This document shows positions 63,086 to 64,000 of a stretch of DNA of 64,000 nt, one piece after another; the first letter of the stretch is position 1, and each line of letters begins with the position of its first letter. Location of the stretch: contig JAJDAL010000006.1 of assembly GCA_029261875.1 (NCBI GenBank), positions 120,765-184,764 of the forward strand, in the 5' to 3' direction. The translations under genes were made by a program, and so were the position numbers. Under the pieces are notes generated by a model that was not told where the DNA came from, searched no databases, and worked only from the letters and a program-made list of their open reading frames with translations. The DNA is from Deltaproteobacteria bacterium. GTDB taxonomy: Bacteria > Myxococcota_A > UBA9160 > JAJDAL01.

Positions 63086-64000
63086 TTAGAGCGCGGACAC
63101 GGAATCGACCGTAGTCGGAATGCAGAGCAGATCTTCGCCCTTGGTATCAACCTGCGACGGAATCGCGAAGTTGTTCGTAACCGTGGTGAAGACGTTGTTG
63201 CGCTTCGTGTGCTTGTTCTGCTTCAGCTTGTCGCCCACCGAAAGGCCCGCAATGGCGCCCGTCGTGGCGTCGGTGACCTTGGCCGTCGGCTTCGCCTGGT
63301 AGCACATCAAGCTGTCGGTCGTGCTGGGCGTCGAACCCGTCACGCTGGCAACCGTGACCCGCGGCGGATCGACGTTGGCCTTGCTGGCCGGGTTGCACAG
63401 GAACTTCACCTTCTTGAGGTCGTGGAGACAGTTCCCCGCAACCGAGGTCGCCGGGAAGGACGGATCGCCATTCTTGTCCGTCGCACAGTCGATGGCCTGG
63501 AACTGATCCACGAAGAAAGCCTGAAGACCCTTCAACAGCTTGCCCTTGGAGGGGTCCTGCTGCGTTCCGAACGGCGGAATCTTGCTCTCCTTGACCTGGT
63601 AGCAAAGGTAGTGGGTGGCATCGCCCGGATCCGCCGGCGGTGCGCCAACGTCCTTGCCCGTGGGAACCCACAGGAATGCCACTTTGTTGCTGTCGACGTT
63701 CAAGGTCCCGAGTTGGTTGGTAGTCTCGAAGCGACGCTTGATGTGCTTCGCCGGCTTCGGGAACTTGCCCTTGGAATCCACGGGACCAACGCCCTCTTTC
63801 GCACTTTTCACCTGGTAGACCAGGTAGTGAAGGTCAGGGTCGTTCGGCGCGCCCTCGGCATTCTTCTCGCCGGGGACCGAGAGATTCTTTTCCTTTTGAA
63901 CGCTGAAGTTCTCGGGATCATCGGCACCCGAGATCACTGCATCGTCCAAAGTGATGTTGAAATCTTTCGGGAACTTCTCACCAGTAATCTTGGAAACCTT
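63086..64000 (-). CDS. Secreted four-module repeat protein, copy B (5' end outside window)
   Basis: Continues in frame to the window edge beyond track ORF 63086..63949; the track's M at 63949 is an internal TTG Leu. About 92% identical to copy A, with no indels. Confidence 0.8.
   Translation of the reverse strand, partial: KVSKITGEKFPKDFNITLDDAVISGADDPENFSVQKEKNLSVPGEKNAEGAPNDPDLHYLVYQVKSAKEGVGPVDSKGKFPKPAKHIKRRFETTNQLGTLNVDSNKVAFLWVPTGKDVGAPPADPGDATHYLCYQVKESKIPPFGTQQDPSKGKLLKGLQAFFVDQFQAIDCATDKNGDPSFPATSVAGNCLHDLKKVKFLCNPASKANVDPPRVTVASVTGSTPSTTDSLMCYQAKPTAKVTDATTGAIAGLSVGDKLKQNKHTKRNNVFTTVTNNFAIPSQVDTKGEDLLCIPTTVDSVSAL

Larger units (their letters stand above)
61641..64000. repeat. Tandem duplication, period 1383 bp (gene plus terminator), at least 2 copies
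   Basis: Identical landmarks occur at a constant offset of 1383 (61737/63120, 61938/63321, 62568/63951). The terminators are homologous. The array may continue beyond the window. Confidence 0.85.

Noticed and set aside
1-64000. Search for CRISPR arrays, tRNA/rRNA genes, IS elements, integrases and prophage or defence islands
   Set aside because: By eye I found no spaced direct-repeat arrays, no cloverleaf-like or rRNA-like segments in the intergenic gaps, and no transposase or integrase-like ORFs. This visual scan cannot exclude small ncRNAs, so tRNAscan-SE and Infernal should be run.

Overview
GC-rich bacterial chromosomal segment, densely packed with about 63 protein-coding genes. By eye I found no rRNA, tRNA, CRISPR array, transposase or integrase. 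Many genes are translationally coupled through 1-4 nt start/stop overlaps (ATGA, GTGA, TTGA, TGATG). Because GC is high, the six-frame track is full of long antisense or out-of-frame shadow ORFs; I trimmed or rejected these and re-placed many starts by reading the DNA.

Content is mostly housekeeping and metabolic:
- GST, gamma-glutamyltransferase, a GH31 glucosidase, an amidase, a Sir2 deacylase and a paired acyl-CoA dehydrogenase.
- Threonine aldolase, FdhD plus a YdeP-type molybdoenzyme, BioA and an F420/LLM oxidoreductase.
- A FolK-CysH chain and a complete Rrf2-sufBCDSUT Fe-S operon.

The more unusual items, in order of interest:
1. A 75-aa bacterial histone-fold protein with a Lys/Arg-rich N-terminal tail. 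It has its own near-consensus promoter and a palindromic leader (15512-15872).
2. A tightly overlapped class-III aminotransferase / LuxE-like / LuxC-like cassette with no luciferase (45848-49529). This suggests a route from carboxylate to aldehyde to amine.
3. A 1383-bp tandem duplication of secreted four-module proteins with an H-Y-x-x-Y-x-x-K ... L-C-x-P pattern, with signs of gene conversion (61641-64000).
4. A 1030-aa fusion of a nucleotide-transporter-like membrane domain, HEAT repeats and a cNMP-binding domain.
5. A TetR / di-iron oxygenase unit with a perfect 9-4-9 operator.
6. A 21-bp perfect inverted repeat enclosing 103 nt in a convergent intergenic gap.
7. Two coupled PEP-CTERM paralogues.

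The lineage guess is inference only: a GC-rich Gram-negative, possibly of Myxococcota, Deltaproteobacteria or Binatota type.
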